From an uncultured Cytophagales bacterium (GTDB taxonomy: Bacteria; Bacteroidota; Bacteroidia; Cytophagales; Spirosomataceae): a DNA stretch of 36,347 nucleotides. Shown here in pieces: positions 9,249 to 19,305 of this stretch (the stretch's first letter is position 1; every line of letters starts with the position of its first letter). The notes beneath the pieces were generated by a model. It was given only the letters and a program-made list of their open reading frames with translations. It had not been told where the DNA came from and did not search any database. Position numbers and translations under genes: made by a program. The stretch lies in NCBI GenBank assembly GCA_964488435.1, contig CAZAVR010000002.1, positions 1 through 36,347 of the forward strand, given 5' to 3'.

Positions 9249-10397
9249 ATGAAGCGATATTATTGGTTTCTGGCAGTGTCCGTAATTCTTTTTTCGGGGA
9301 TTTCGGGGTGTAAGTCGGCAAAAAAATCCCTGAAGAAGGGAAATTTTGATGAGGCGGTTTTTCTGGCCGTAGAAAAACTTGCCGATAGCCCGACGCATTC
9401 AGGGTCGCTTGCAACTCTCAAAGAGGCTTACCCCAATGCGCTGAACATGCATTTGGACGAGATCAAGAGACATCATTTATCAGCCTCCCCTTATAAGTAT
9501 GAATTTCTGGTGCACGAATACAAGGCACTTAATGCGCTCTTCGAGGCGATAAATAAGTGCGGCGTATGTGCGCGACAGGTAGATGCGCGGCCTTTTCGCA
9601 CGGAGGAAAATGAGGCAAGGACGCAGGCAGCAGACGCGAGGTATTTTGAGGGAGAGAGCTTTCTTGCAGCCGGGGGGCGGGTAAATGCGAGGAAGGCATT
9701 TGACAGCTTCGAGAAAGTAAAGGAGTTTGTTCCGGCTTACAGGGATATAGAGCGAAAGCTGGATATGTCTTATGAGGACGCTACTTTTAAGGTAGTGGTG
9801 GAACAGGTGCTGGTGACCTCCAAGCTCTATCAGCTCAGCAATGAGTACTTTCAGAGCAGGATCAACGAATTCCTTCGTACCAATAAGCGGCTTAATAAGT
9901 TTGTTCAGTTTTATACACCTGAAGAAGCTGTCGCTCAGAGCCTCCGGCCGGATCATGTGGTGGTCCTGCAGTTTGATGATTTCGTAGTCGGCCAGACATT
10001 GCTGGAGAAGAATACAGAGACCGTGACAAGTAAAGACAGTGTGAAAGTAGGTGAGACGACGGTAAATAAAGTAAAAGTGCCGGTTTATAATCGGGTAACT
10101 GCCAAGCTTACCATTAGCCGAAAAACAGTTCATTCCGGTGGGCTGCTTGATATGCGCATCGAAGATTTTGCTACGAGAAACAGAGTAAGCCAGGAGAAGT
10201 TTACAGGAGAATATAACTGGGTTTGTGAATGGGGTAATTTTAATGGAGATGAACGGGCGCTTACTCCTGCACAGTTGCGTATTTGCAGGGTACGCGAGCA
10301 GTCTCCGCCACCCCCTCAGCAATTATTCGTGGAGTTCAACAAGCCGTTGTACGATCGGGTAACGAGTCGTCTTCGCGCGTTTTACGCAAGCTACTAG
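9249..10397 (+). CDS. lipoprotein of unknown function
   Basis: 382 aa. The N-terminus MKRYYWFLAVSVILFSGISGCKS is a type II signal peptide with a lipobox-like ISGC. The remainder is hydrophilic with no motif I recognise. Confidence 0.7.
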   Translation: MKRYYWFLAVSVILFSGISGCKSAKKSLKKGNFDEAVFLAVEKLADSPTHSGSLATLKEAYPNALNMHLDEIKRHHLSASPYKYEFLVHEYKALNALFEAINKCGVCARQVDARPFRTEENEARTQAADARYFEGESFLAAGGRVNARKAFDSFEKVKEFVPAYRDIERKLDMSYEDATFKVVVEQVLVTSKLYQLSNEYFQSRINEFLRTNKRLNKFVQFYTPEEAVAQSLRPDHVVVLQFDDFVVGQTLLEKNTETVTSKDSVKVGETTVNKVKVPVYNRVTAKLTISRKTVHSGGLLDMRIEDFATRNRVSQEKFTGEYNWVCEWGNFNGDERALTPAQLRICRVREQSPPPPQQLFVEFNKPLYDRVTSRLRAFYASY

Positions 10398-10505
10398 GCT
10401 CTTGATAGCGTCCCCGGCTCAAATTTCATGTTTTGGGCATGGTCTGCTCGGGAAAATTTCCGTACTTTCGCTTGATTTTTAGTTTTAAACAATAAATGGG
10501 TAATT

Positions 10506-10700
10506 ATGTCTGACCATTCAACTGCACGTCCTGCTGAGCTGCCGATTTGGGTAAATGTCGGGATTTATATTCTATTGCTTGCTGTATTGGCTGTTTTCGG
10601 AGACCTGTTCGTTTTTATAGTAGGTTTTCTTGCGGTGACGATTTCTTTTGTCGCTTATTTTAACGCCAGAAGCAGCGCGCACCATGACGAGCATCACTGA
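10506..10700 (+). CDS. small two-TM membrane protein with His-rich tail (hypothetical)
   Basis: 64-aa ORF with two hydrophobic helices (IWVNVGIYILLLAVLAVFG, FVFIVGFLAVTISFVAYF) and a C-terminal SAHHDEHH. A hairpin plus T-tract follows it. Confidence 0.45.
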   Translation: MSDHSTARPAELPIWVNVGIYILLLAVLAVFGDLFVFIVGFLAVTISFVAYFNARSSAHHDEHH

Positions 10701-10722
10701 TGCGCTTTTTGCGTGAAATATG

Positions 10723-10763
10723 ATGCCGCGATAGCCCTCTCTGTCTGCGGCATTTTTGTCTTT
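10723..10763 (+). terminator. candidate rho-independent terminator
   Basis: 7-bp stem ATGCCGC (10723..10729) / GCGGCAT (10747..10753) with a 17-nt loop, followed by TTTTGTCTTT. The loop is large, so confidence is only moderate. Confidence 0.4.
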
Positions 10764-12000
10764 ACGTCATCAGGGAATTTTCAAGGAGGGGATCTTTGAA
10801 CAGCAATTTCCACTCCATGAGGCCCTGTTCCGGCGTGCACACCCACTGTTCCTCAAGTACTTTCCGGTCTTCCAGATCCCTGTATTCTGCGATCAGCCGG
10901 TTATTATCCAGCCGGAGTAACGCGAAGCCATTGTAGCCAATATTGTGGCGCCCTATGCGCTTGCGAATCCGGTTATCGGAGGAATATATTTTATTCAGTT
11001 CGGTGACAGATCGCGGGAGCTCTGTTTCTACAGGCATACCACCGTGCCCGATGCAGCGGCCATAAACCCCGGGGCCCACCGGGTCTTCCGTCATATTATA
11101 AAGTACAAGGCGGTGCTCGTGGCCCCAAAACCAGATCACAGGCCGGTTGGCATCACCCAGTAGTTCGCGTATTTGTTTTCCTGCTTTTGGAAATGACTTG
11201 CCAAAGGCTGAAGTATAGGGGTGATGACTAAGTAGTACGATGCCCCTTTTGTCGTCCGGATCCCCGATTTTTACAATATCCCGGAGCCAGTCTACCTGTT
11301 CCTTTCTGAGATGGCCATCGGGGGGGAAAAGTACCTCCAGAAAGGGCCTACCCACGGAGGTATATCCGGTATCCAGGCCCACGATTTTCCAGTGTGCATT
11401 TTCGAGGCAGAAAAAACTGGCCTGCTGGCTTTTTTTCACGCCGTCCTGTACCACAAACATGGCGGGGAGCAGGTGATTGAAAAAGGCATTTCCATTTGAA
11501 TACATCTCGTGGTTACCTGGTAGTGCCAGGCTGCCCATGGCCCCATAGTGCCAAGAGGCATGTGGAGCTGTGAAATTTTCCGCTACTTCGGCGGGGGTAC
11601 CGACAAAATAGATGTCACCGAGGTGTATGGTATAGTCGGGATTGTACCGGGTGACCAGGTGTGCAACTTTGTCAGCCTCTTCTGTGTCGCTCGCCCAGTC
11701 TGAAAGCAGCGCAATGCTGATTTTCCCGCCGGAGTCCTTTGCAGGATAGAGCTGGTAAACCCCGCAGTCGCCATGAACAGGATACGCCTGGTATTTATGA
11801 CGTTTTCCAAATCGGCTTCTTACGTAATGATAGCAAAATGCGAAAAGGTTGGTTTTAAAAAACTCAGAAATAATCCGGGTAACAGAAGACGTATTGGCGA
11901 CGTGTTCTTCATAGAGCTTTTGTTGCGTTCTCGCGTGATTCTCGAGCTCTGTATGGCCTGTATCCAGGTATTTTTTTAATTTTTCGTCAGGTGAGCTCAT
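10762..12000 (-). CDS. calcineurin-like metallophosphoesterase
   Basis: 412 aa with the ordered motifs LSDW..D, HLGDIYFVG, LPGNHEMY, LLSHHP and WGHEHR, typical of the metallophosphoesterase superfamily. Confidence 0.85.
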   Translation of the reverse strand: MSSPDEKLKKYLDTGHTELENHARTQQKLYEEHVANTSSVTRIISEFFKTNLFAFCYHYVRSRFGKRHKYQAYPVHGDCGVYQLYPAKDSGGKISIALLSDWASDTEEADKVAHLVTRYNPDYTIHLGDIYFVGTPAEVAENFTAPHASWHYGAMGSLALPGNHEMYSNGNAFFNHLLPAMFVVQDGVKKSQQASFFCLENAHWKIVGLDTGYTSVGRPFLEVLFPPDGHLRKEQVDWLRDIVKIGDPDDKRGIVLLSHHPYTSAFGKSFPKAGKQIRELLGDANRPVIWFWGHEHRLVLYNMTEDPVGPGVYGRCIGHGGMPVETELPRSVTELNKIYSSDNRIRKRIGRHNIGYNGFALLRLDNNRLIAEYRDLEDRKVLEEQWVCTPEQGLMEWKLLFKDPLLENSLMT

Positions 12001-12015
12001 CGGGGCAGGGACAGT

Positions 12016-13575
12016 TTATTTTATCCTGGCCAGTACGATCCCATTTTTCTCAAAAAGGAGTTCGTGGTTCGGGTAATCTTTCAGGTTAGTCATTCTGGCC
12101 AGCACGATCTCTCCGCGGGCAGGTTTTCTCTCCTCGGCAAACAATCCGGAATAGAAATAGAAGCTGGGCAGGTAATGATCGAACACCACGAGGCCACTCA
12201 GTTTATTGTCGCGGGCGAAAATAGCCGCGTCTTTAACAGGTTGCTGAAGCAGATCACCCACACGGGGCATAATCAGTCCGTTCACTGTTGCCAGCAATAC
12301 GAGTCCGGAGATCCATACTTTTATCTCTTTGGGCCATTTTTTGAATAACAAAATTGTGCAAAGCACGACGATCAGTGCGCCTGTCTGCAGCAGGTAAGTA
12401 GTATCAAATGCTATAGTGGCGGCGCGAAGCACTTCGGCAGCGTAAGGATCGTTGACCGATGCGGAGATCTTGTCAATCAGAAACGGAAAAAGGAACAGAA
12501 TGGCCAGAAATAGCAAAGAAGGAAAAACAAGCGGAAGCGAAGTTTTGTAATGGACATACCAGCCAGCCATCACAAATAGGGGTGTATAGCCATAAATGAT
12601 GTAATGATGCAGCTTGGTGCCTGAAAGCGAAAAGAATATAAATACGAAAGTAAACCACAGTAACATAAATGAATACCACCTGTCATACCACAGGTAGCGA
12701 AGCTTCCCGAACATCGCAAATATGACACCTGTAAACGGTAATACACCCAGGATCAGCACAGGAACAAAGTACAAAATGCCCCCGTAATGGCCTTCGAAGG
12801 CCGTCTGGAAGCGGTTCATGTTATGATTGAAAAAGAACCCCTGTATGAAGAGATCTCCCATTTTGCTGAACTGCAACCCATACCAGGGAAGTGCGATGAT
12901 TAGAAAAAGAAGGATACCCGGCAGGTAAAAAATTCGCAGAAGATTTCTCCATAGATTCCACCTCAGAAGGTAGATCAGGGTCACGGCGCCCGGCACCATA
13001 ATGGCGATGGGGCCTTTGCATAGGAAGCCGAAGCCGGTCAAAGCATAAAACCCAAGAAGGAAAGCTCTTTTGCCTTTATTCAGTACCTCATACAGACAAA
13101 ACATTGCTCCCGCCAGGCATGCATTCAGGAGTGCATCCGCGATGGCGGCCTTGCCGATGATCGTGATCTGTAATGAACATGCAGCCATGAGGGCGGCATA
13201 AAAAGCGGTCGCCTCTCCGGATTTTCGTCTGACAAACAGGTAAATAAATATCATCCAGAGTGTGGCAGCGGCGGCAGAGGGGAACCGAAAGGCGAATTCA
13301 TTCCAGCCGAAAATTTCAGCGGAGATGTACTGAAGCCAATTGGTAAGGGGAGGCTTGTCGAATCTGGCCTCTTTATTGACGTAGGTGGAAACGAAATCGT
13401 TGTTGAGAGCCATTTCCCTTGTCCCTTCCGCAAAGAAGCCCTCGTCTTCATCAAAAAGAGGCGCCCCTCCCAGATTCCAGAAGAAACTGAAGGCAACAGA
13501 TAATATTAGTATCCAGCGCCTGAGCTGAGCCGGATGTATGGTTTGTAAATTCACTTCTGTTGATTTAATGGCCAA
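12016..13575 (-). CDS. ArnT-like phospholipid-carrier-dependent glycosyltransferase (GT39/GT83, GT-C fold)
   Basis: 519 aa and polytopic. The N-terminal PLFDEDEGFFAEGTREM...RFDKPPLTNW is the signature first-loop region of ArnT/PMT family enzymes. Confidence 0.8.
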   Translation of the reverse strand: MAIKSTEVNLQTIHPAQLRRWILILSVAFSFFWNLGGAPLFDEDEGFFAEGTREMALNNDFVSTYVNKEARFDKPPLTNWLQYISAEIFGWNEFAFRFPSAAAATLWMIFIYLFVRRKSGEATAFYAALMAACSLQITIIGKAAIADALLNACLAGAMFCLYEVLNKGKRAFLLGFYALTGFGFLCKGPIAIMVPGAVTLIYLLRWNLWRNLLRIFYLPGILLFLIIALPWYGLQFSKMGDLFIQGFFFNHNMNRFQTAFEGHYGGILYFVPVLILGVLPFTGVIFAMFGKLRYLWYDRWYSFMLLWFTFVFIFFSLSGTKLHHYIIYGYTPLFVMAGWYVHYKTSLPLVFPSLLFLAILFLFPFLIDKISASVNDPYAAEVLRAATIAFDTTYLLQTGALIVVLCTILLFKKWPKEIKVWISGLVLLATVNGLIMPRVGDLLQQPVKDAAIFARDNKLSGLVVFDHYLPSFYFYSGLFAEERKPARGEIVLARMTNLKDYPNHELLFEKNGIVLARIK

Positions 13576-14210
13576 TATTTGTCAAAAATTACCTGACAAA
13601 TCAAAGCAGCAAATATACCCAGAATTGCCCCTGTGTGGACATCGCGCAGAAAATGCTGCAGCAAATACACTCTGGAGAAGCCGGCCAGGCAGGCTGTGAG
13701 CAGGCACAGGAGTGCAAGCGTCCTGGAGCGGCTCATGATGGCCAGTGTCGTAAAAAGAGCAAAGGCGGAAGTGGTATGACCGGAAGGGAAACTGTTGTTG
13801 CCAAAAAAATGGACCCCGTCCACCTTATGCAGATCCTCAAAAATATCAGCCAATGCCTTCATCGGACGTGGCCTGTCCATAAAGATAAATTTTTTGGAAA
13901 GTTGTACAAATGCGCCGGATAGCAAGTATCCTGTCACAACAATGGCAGCCTGCTTCTTGCTGAAAAAGAAGATGAGTACTGCTACTGCTATGACAAATAC
14001 CCCATTTCCCAAAGCAGTGACTACCCAGAAAAAATAATCAGATACGGGCGTATGGAGGGCGTTGACAAATAAAATGATTTCCCGCTGTGAGAAAAACGTC
14101 TGTACCGTGCTCACCGCTATCCAGATGATCCAGAAGAAGGTGAAAAATACCCTGTTCCGATACATCAGGTAGGTAAGCCGTCCGGTAAAATTATCTTGTA
14201 ATAACAACAT
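13551..14210 (-). CDS. PAP2-family membrane phosphatase (lipid phosphate / lipid A phosphatase-like)
   Basis: 219 aa with the tripartite PAP2 motifs KKFIFMDRPRP, SFPSGHT and SRVYLLQHFLRDV. The 3' end overlaps the ArnT-like start by 25 nt. Confidence 0.85.
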   Translation of the reverse strand: MLLLQDNFTGRLTYLMYRNRVFFTFFWIIWIAVSTVQTFFSQREIILFVNALHTPVSDYFFWVVTALGNGVFVIAVAVLIFFFSKKQAAIVVTGYLLSGAFVQLSKKFIFMDRPRPMKALADIFEDLHKVDGVHFFGNNSFPSGHTTSAFALFTTLAIMSRSRTLALLCLLTACLAGFSRVYLLQHFLRDVHTGAILGIFAALICQVIFDKYWPLNQQK

Positions 14211-14598
14211 CCGCTTAAAATAGTAGTGAATGGATCAGAGCGGAGCAGTGAACGCAAAGCGCCCGCTTTTGCAACCGTAAAAATTAATAGTAAATGATGT
14301 GACGTTGAGATGGTTAACTCCGTCTAAACAGAAAGGGGTAACATGACGAAACAAGTCCCTGTTGATTCGCAAAAGAAAAACAGGGGAAAAAAAGCTACAG
14401 TCTCCTCCTCAAATTGTCAACCTGAATACAATATTAATAAAGTAAACCAATATGGAAGGCGTGGAATGATATTTACAATTGTCTTTTACAACCAAACAGG
14501 TCAAAAGCTGATCTTTTTAAAACAGGTATTTTTACGCTAAAATAAACGCCTTATACGAGATAAATTTGTAAAACATTTCCACAAACCATAAAATCGCC

Positions 14599-14763
14599 AT
14601 GAAAACTACAACCAGAAATCTGAATTATCCTGTAGGATCCGGTAAAAAAAGCTACGGCTGGTTTGATACATCCCATCTGATGTTGGGAATTACCGTTTTT
14701 ATTTTCTTCTATCTGATTTTCAGATTTGTTTATCCTATACTATCCGAGGGCATTCTCTGGTAA
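14599..14763 (+). CDS. possible small membrane protein (54 aa), hypothetical
   Basis: My own translation (below the track's length cutoff): MKTTTRNLNYPVGSGKKSYGWFDTSHLMLGITVFIFFYLIFRFVYPILSEGILW. It has one clear TM helix and lies 53 nt upstream of the FUSC gene on the same strand. Confidence 0.25.
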   Translation: MKTTTRNLNYPVGSGKKSYGWFDTSHLMLGITVFIFFYLIFRFVYPILSEGILW

Positions 14764-14816
14764 ATACCGGCAATTTTTGCTAGTATTGTGCGGAATACCA
14801 GGGTCGTCAGGTTGGC

Positions 14817-17084
14817 ATGAATTACATTGATGAATTCCGGAAGTTTATTTCGGGTCAGTACCTTTATACCGGTGTCAGACTGACACTCGCCGCCCTAATC
14901 CCTTGTCTTCTTTTTCAGCATTTCGGCGTATTGGCCGAGATGATTGTATTTCCGCTCGGAACATTGCTTATCGGGGGAATAGACAATCCCGGCCCGCCTC
15001 ACAGGCGACGAAATACATTGGTTATTGCGATTGCCACCTGTTTTCTGGTCATCTGTCTGACCGGATTTCTCCATCAGTCCCCCGTTATTGTTTTTTTTGA
15101 ATTGCTCGTGTTCGGGATGTTCTTTTCATTCATCGGCGTATACGGGAACCGGGCTAACAGCATAGGTACCATTGCACTGCTGGTGCTTGTGTTCAATACG
15201 GACGATCACCTTACCGACGGGAGAGCACTGGAAAGTGCACTTATATTCACGGCAGGCGGACTGTGGTACTTCCTGCTGTATCTCATCCTTAATGAACTCA
15301 GGCCGTACACGCTTATTCAACAGCTCCTTGGGGAGAATTTCATAGAATTGGGTAAATTGTTGTCTGTGAAGTCGAAGTATTATTTCCCGAAGCCGGATTA
15401 CGAGGATCTTTTCAGTCAATTGATTTACCGGCAGGTGATACTGAACGAAAACCACGAGCATCTCCGGGAAATACTTTTCAAGACACGGGAGCTCTTTACG
15501 GAGTCAACCAAAAAAAGCCGGAACCTTATGCTCATGTTCCTGGACAGCGTGGATCTGTATGAGCAAATTTTGAATTCCCAGCAGGACTACCGTTATCTGA
15601 ATAAGGCATTTGGTGACACTAAAATATTGCGGCTTTTTGGTATATATATCAACTGGCTGGCTACAGAGGTTCAGCAGATAGGTCTGGCCATACAGACAGG
15701 TACAGCCTCCCGGCCCCGCCACGATCTCGACGAATCATTTCATAAATGTGAAGCCGCTTATTTTAATCTGAGAGAGCGGAAGCTTACGCATGAGAATGTG
15801 GAAGATTTTATCATGCTCAGGCAGATACTGAACGCACTCAGAGATGTTACCATCCGTGTAAAAAAACTTCATAGGGCAACTTCCTATGACGTTGAACCCG
15901 GGAAACAATCACTGAAAGATTTTGAATACGAGGGATTTGCGCCTCAGCAGGACTACCACCCCAGGCTTCTGTTAGACAACCTGTCCTTCAAATCCGGTCA
16001 TTTCAGGCATTCGGTCCGGCTTACCTTTGCGCTGCTTACAGGCTATCTTATATCCAATTTTCTGGATGTGGGTCACAGTTACTGGATCCTTCTGACCATC
16101 GTTACCATACTCAAGCCTGCTTTCAGTATCACCAAGCAGCGGAATCTTTACCGGCTGGCGGGAACTTTTATAGGAGCGCTTTGCGGATTTTGTGTTCTTT
16201 ACTTTATAAAGGACAATACCGTTCTGTTTGTAGTGATGATGTTCGCCATGATTTTTGCTTTTAGTTTTCTCAAGACCAACTATTTCGTAGCCACATTAGG
16301 TATCACGGTTTATGTATTGTTGTCGTTTCATTTCATCACGCCGCAACACATCTCGGATGTGCTCACCGAGAGGGTGTTGGATACAGCCATAGGGTCAGTG
16401 ATTGCTTATCTGGTGGCATCATTCGTGCTGCCTGTCTGGGAGCACTCGCAAATCAACCAGTATATACACGATGCCCTGGAGACGAACCGCAAGTACTTCA
16501 ATAGAGTGACCAATACCTTCACAGGAGGGGTGTTGGACCTTGGTGAGCTGAAACTGGCCAGAAAAGAAGCCATTATTGCTTTGAGCAACCTTTCGGATAA
16601 CTTCCAGCGCATGCTTTCAGAGCCGAAGAAACGGCAGTTGAATATGAAAGAGTACCATCAGTTTGTCGCGACCAGTCACATGCTTACATCTTATGTGGCC
16701 TCACTTTCCACGTATGCACAGACAGACGGTGCGGGCTATCAGTCGCCGGAGTTTACACCCATCGCAGCCCAGATCGACAGCCAGTTTGGTATTGCGATAG
16801 ATCTGCTTGACGGTAAGATTCCCGAAACACAGGATTTGACCGGAAACCCGGTATTGCCGAGAAATGAGAAGCTGATCGGTCTTCTGGCTGAGCGTAAGAG
16901 AGAAATTGCGGAAAGAGGTAACGCTCCCTCGGGCAATGATCAGATCCAGAAGTCGCTTTCGGATCTTACGTCTATCAACGGCTTATTCGAACTGATTCAT
17001 TCCCTTACTATTGACGAAATAAAAATCCTGCGGAAAGTAGTGTTCCAGTCGAAACCCAAATACAAATCTTTCCTGCCTATCTGA
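14817..17084 (+). CDS. FUSC/YccS-family integral membrane protein
   Basis: 755 aa with two hydrophobic blocks separated and followed by long helical soluble regions. HSYWILLTIVTILKPAFSITKQRNLYRLAGTFIGA is the typical FUSC/YccS core motif. Confidence 0.8.
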   Translation: MNYIDEFRKFISGQYLYTGVRLTLAALIPCLLFQHFGVLAEMIVFPLGTLLIGGIDNPGPPHRRRNTLVIAIATCFLVICLTGFLHQSPVIVFFELLVFGMFFSFIGVYGNRANSIGTIALLVLVFNTDDHLTDGRALESALIFTAGGLWYFLLYLILNELRPYTLIQQLLGENFIELGKLLSVKSKYYFPKPDYEDLFSQLIYRQVILNENHEHLREILFKTRELFTESTKKSRNLMLMFLDSVDLYEQILNSQQDYRYLNKAFGDTKILRLFGIYINWLATEVQQIGLAIQTGTASRPRHDLDESFHKCEAAYFNLRERKLTHENVEDFIMLRQILNALRDVTIRVKKLHRATSYDVEPGKQSLKDFEYEGFAPQQDYHPRLLLDNLSFKSGHFRHSVRLTFALLTGYLISNFLDVGHSYWILLTIVTILKPAFSITKQRNLYRLAGTFIGALCGFCVLYFIKDNTVLFVVMMFAMIFAFSFLKTNYFVATLGITVYVLLSFHFITPQHISDVLTERVLDTAIGSVIAYLVASFVLPVWEHSQINQYIHDALETNRKYFNRVTNTFTGGVLDLGELKLARKEAIIALSNLSDNFQRMLSEPKKRQLNMKEYHQFVATSHMLTSYVASLSTYAQTDGAGYQSPEFTPIAAQIDSQFGIAIDLLDGKIPETQDLTGNPVLPRNEKLIGLLAERKREIAERGNAPSGNDQIQKSLSDLTSINGLFELIHSLTIDEIKILRKVVFQSKPKYKSFLPI

Positions 17085-19265
17085 TCAGCTAAGCAATTGG
17101 TAGGCTATAAATGCCGAAACGTAGGCGAGTACCATGGTGTAAGCCAACTGGATCATGGGCCATTTCCATCCATGTGTCTCGCGGTACACCGTTGCCAGTG
17201 TGCTCATACACATCATAGCAAACGCATAAAACAACATGAGGGACACAGCCACTGCCGTGGTATAAACCGGCTGTCCTGTAACCGGGTTTTTCTCCGACCG
17301 GAGTTTTTCTTTTACGGTCATTTCATCCTCACTTGCTTCCGCTCCGAGACTGTAAATGGTAGCCATCGTTCCTACGAACACTTCACGGGCAGCAAAGGAT
17401 GCGATGAGGGCAATCCCGATTTTCCAATCGTATCCCAGAGGTTTGATCGCCGGTTCGATCGCCCGGCCGAATGTGCCTGCATAAGAGTTTTCCAGACGAG
17501 CCGAAGCGACGGCCGCCTCCTGCTCTTCAGGGGTAGCATTTACCATCTCTGTTTTTACCTTTTCCTCTGCTTTTTCCATATTTTCGCCTGGCCCGTAAGA
17601 GGCCAGAACCCAAAGTATGATGGTAATGGCTACAATTACTTTCCCCGCTTCCACCACGAAAGTTTTTACACTATCATAAACCATGATGGCGACATTGTTC
17701 CATCTGGGCATCTTGTAAGTCGGCATTTCCAATACAAAATAGCTTCTTTCCTTTCTTTTAATGAACAGTGAGATAAGCCATGCTGAGAAAACCGCTCCTA
17801 CGACACCCAGCAAGTAAAGTCCGAGAAGAAGCAGTCCCTGGACATTCAGTATACCGAGTACTTTGGTCTCGGGTACAACCAGTGCAATCAGTATGGTATA
17901 AATAGGAAGCCGGGCAGAGCATGCCATCAGGGGGGTGACAAGAATAGTAAGGAGTCTCTCGTAACGGTTATTGATACTGCGGGTAGCCATGATGGCAGGT
18001 ACAGCGCAGGCGACGCCGGAAATCAGCGGGACTACGCTTCTTCCGTTCAGGTTGAACTTCCTCATGAGTTTATCCATGATCACCATGACTCTTGCCATAT
18101 AGCCGGACTCTTCAAGTAAGCCCACCAGCAGAAACAGAAAAGCAATTTGTGGAATGAAGATAATGACTCCGCCTATGCCTGCCATGATACCCTGGGTGAT
18201 GAGATCGTTCAGCAATCCCTGAGGCAATGTATTTTTTACCCATTCAATGGATGCCGCCGTAGCCTCGTCGATCAGGTCAGCCGGGTAGGATGCCCACGAA
18301 AAAATCGCCTGAAAAATGACCAGAAGTACCAGCATGAACAACACGTATCCCCAAAACGGATGCAACAATATCTGGTCAAGCCGTTGTGTCCATTGGTGGG
18401 GCTGGGTTTTGTCCGCGTTAAGCTTTATGGCTTTTTGAATGACGGGACTAAGCCGGTCGTATCGGGTGATGGTTTCTTCCGACTGGAATTTGTGCTGGTC
18501 GAAATCGTGCTTTACTATAAGTTCGTCCAGCTTTTCTCTTTTGGCGGTGTCGAGGAAGGAGAAATTGTCGTGCTGGCATACATACTGAAGTGCTAGGTAA
18601 TTATTGGGAAGGTTGTAAGTTTGCCTGACATCATCTATGAGCGCCGGAACAGTCTCGGCAGGGTCAAGGAAGTAGGAGAAAGTTTTTTGCGGTTGGTAAA
18701 TGGTGTTATGAACGGCTGTACGCAGATGTTCGAGGCCTTCTCCTGTCCGCGCGTTGATGTTTACCACCGGCACATTCAAAAGCCTGGCAAGCTGGACCGC
18801 ACTTACGTCCATTTTCATTCCTGAAGCAATATCGAGCATGTTAAGCGCGAGTATTACGGGCAGGTTCAGATCGGCAATTTCAGTAAAGAGCAGCAGGTTT
18901 CGTTGCAGGTTTGACGCATCCACGACCACGATGATCGCATCAGGATAGTCCGGATGTGCTGAATGAGCCAGGATATCCATGACGATCTTTTCGTCTTCTG
19001 ATTTGGGGTAGATGCTATATATACCGGGAAGGTCGACGAGGGTAACCTCTTCTTTTTCATTTTGCCCGCCTATCGTAAAAGAGCCGGACTTCTTGTCTAC
19101 GGTGACGCCGGGAAAATTCCCGGTTTTCTGTCGCAATCCGGTTAACTGATTAAACAAGGATGATTTCCCGCTGTTGGGGTTCCCTAACAGGGCTACAATT
19201 TTCTTTTTCAATGAGTTATTAATTAAAAGAACCCCGGAGGCAGGCTTGGGGCTGCGATAATTCAA
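17085..19265 (-). CDS. feoB: ferrous iron transporter FeoB
   Basis: 726 aa. It has an N-terminal G-domain (GNPNSGKSSLFNQLTG, DLPGIYS, NMLD) followed by a polytopic gate domain. No in-frame ATG is available near the N-terminus. The start is TTG at 19265, or more conventionally TTG at 19211 (giving MKKKIVALLGNPNSGKS). Confidence 0.93.
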   Translation of the reverse strand: MNYRSPKPASGVLLINNSLKKKIVALLGNPNSGKSSLFNQLTGLRQKTGNFPGVTVDKKSGSFTIGGQNEKEEVTLVDLPGIYSIYPKSEDEKIVMDILAHSAHPDYPDAIIVVVDASNLQRNLLLFTEIADLNLPVILALNMLDIASGMKMDVSAVQLARLLNVPVVNINARTGEGLEHLRTAVHNTIYQPQKTFSYFLDPAETVPALIDDVRQTYNLPNNYLALQYVCQHDNFSFLDTAKREKLDELIVKHDFDQHKFQSEETITRYDRLSPVIQKAIKLNADKTQPHQWTQRLDQILLHPFWGYVLFMLVLLVIFQAIFSWASYPADLIDEATAASIEWVKNTLPQGLLNDLITQGIMAGIGGVIIFIPQIAFLFLLVGLLEESGYMARVMVIMDKLMRKFNLNGRSVVPLISGVACAVPAIMATRSINNRYERLLTILVTPLMACSARLPIYTILIALVVPETKVLGILNVQGLLLLGLYLLGVVGAVFSAWLISLFIKRKERSYFVLEMPTYKMPRWNNVAIMVYDSVKTFVVEAGKVIVAITIILWVLASYGPGENMEKAEEKVKTEMVNATPEEQEAAVASARLENSYAGTFGRAIEPAIKPLGYDWKIGIALIASFAAREVFVGTMATIYSLGAEASEDEMTVKEKLRSEKNPVTGQPVYTTAVAVSLMLFYAFAMMCMSTLATVYRETHGWKWPMIQLAYTMVLAYVSAFIAYQLLS

Positions 19266-19305
19266 ATTTTAATAAAGGCGGTACCGGTTATCTTTGGAAA
19301 GCAGA

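Noticed and set aside
9480-10322. 280-aa minus-strand ORF
   Set aside because: It lies entirely antisense within the lipoprotein gene 9249..10397. Its Cys/Arg/Ile/Leu-rich composition has no motifs. The sense ORF has a convincing lipoprotein signal peptide.
14254-14272. Hairpin GCAAAGCG-CCC-GCTTTTGC, and a second one CCCTGTT-N15-AACAGGG near 14357..14385
   Set aside because: Neither is followed by a T-tract in the orientation of any upstream gene. They lie in a divergent promoter region and are not convincing terminators or known RNA motifs.
14343-14540. 65-aa ORF in the PAP2/FUSC divergent spacer
   Set aside because: It sits in an AT-rich promoter-like region, has a Lys/Asn-rich composition, and has no supporting signals.
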